Below are positions 31,843-32,000 of a stretch of DNA of 32,000 nt, in pieces. The stretch spans positions 300,001 to 332,000 of the forward strand of contig OY969938.1 of NCBI GenBank assembly GCA_963704755.1, written 5' to 3'. Made by a program: the position numbers and the translations under genes. The stretch comes from an uncultured Chloroflexia bacterium (GTDB taxonomy: Bacteria; Chloroflexota; Anaerolineae; Anaerolineales; Anaerolineaceae). Position 1 is the stretch's first letter. The number at the start of each line of letters is the position of its first letter. The notes below the pieces were generated by a model that was given only the letters and a program-made list of their open reading frames with translations, searched no databases and was not told where the DNA came from.

Positions 31843-31890
31843 AGAGGTGGTTTCCTTATTTTCGCGTACAAAAACAAGAAAACCACCTCT
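31843..31890. other. Hairpin (11-bp stem AGAGGTGGTTT / AAACCACCTCT, large loop) between two co-directional minus-strand genes
   Basis: Arms 31843..31853 and 31880..31890 are exact reverse complements. The hairpin lies between the stop at 31917 and the Nudix start at 31823. Confidence 0.3.
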
Positions 31891-31916
31891 AATTTACCAT
31901 CCTACCAAAGCCGAAA

Positions 31917-32000
31917 TTAGCTCATGAACATCGGTACGCCCATGAAATCGTGGATCTTGGGCCGGTAGGCTTCGATGTCATAATAAGCCGGTACATCCAC
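31917..32000 (-). CDS. 3' end of an unidentified CDS (27 codons visible)
   Basis: The open frame entering from the window edge reads VDVPAYYDIEAYRPKIHDFMGVPMFMS*, with a stop at 31917..31919. Too short to assign. Confidence 0.4.
   Translation of the reverse strand: MDVPAYYDIEAYRPKIHDFMGVPMFMS

Noticed and set aside
1-32000. A defence island, prophage or other mobile genetic element somewhere in the window.
   Set aside because: The window contains no integrase, transposase, recombinase, phage structural, toxin-antitoxin, restriction-modification or cas-like ORFs. The tRNA-Leu gene is not flanked by a direct repeat of its 3' end or by foreign-looking genes. Gene content is continuous housekeeping.

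Overview
Moderate-GC bacterial chromosomal window with about 36 genes, almost all ordinary housekeeping or envelope functions. The protein signatures and the frequent TTG/GTG starts suggest a Chloroflexota/Anaerolineae-like organism, but that is a low-confidence guess. In window order the genes are:
- typA/bipA (partial)
- a polytopic membrane protein, a NarL-type response regulator and a HisKA_3 kinase (minus strand)
- a B12-binding radical SAM gene
- a phnD-phnC-phnE(fused) phosphonate ABC importer (minus strand)
- rplY (Ctc form)
- a 983-aa GAF/PAS-GGDEF-EAL protein
- a minus-strand tRNA-modification operon: cysteine desulfurase, mnmA, small membrane protein, trmI, CoA-pyrophosphatase-type Nudix
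- a phosphohexomutase, a TatD hydrolase and a polyprenyl synthase
- tRNA-Leu(GAG), plsX and a NERD-like membrane protein
- rluB, scpB and a DUF348/G5/beta-propeller lipoprotein
- a tightly packed plus-strand block: UDP-xylose synthase, GtrA, ChlI-like AAA+ ATPase, URO-D-like protein, rsmD
- a Nudix hydrolase and a partial unknown CDS

I found no CRISPR array, transposase, integrase, phage gene or recognisable defence gene, and I see no compelling new multi-gene system. The observations most worth a second look are:
1. Five genes (radical SAM, phnE, phnC, Nudix, chlI-like) are each interrupted by exactly one extra nucleotide. Two of them lie in the same operon.
2. A palindromic element of about 66 nt with conserved ends is present twice, in opposite orientation.
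3. An 18-bp-arm palindrome sits in the leader of the cysteine desulfurase-mnmA operon.
4. A TGTGA/TCACA motif cluster lies in the divergent kinase / radical SAM promoter region.
5. A Mg-chelatase-I-like ATPase and a non-canonical URO-D-like protein are unexpectedly coupled to UDP-xylose synthase and GtrA.

All functional calls come from motif recognition by eye. No database search was run.
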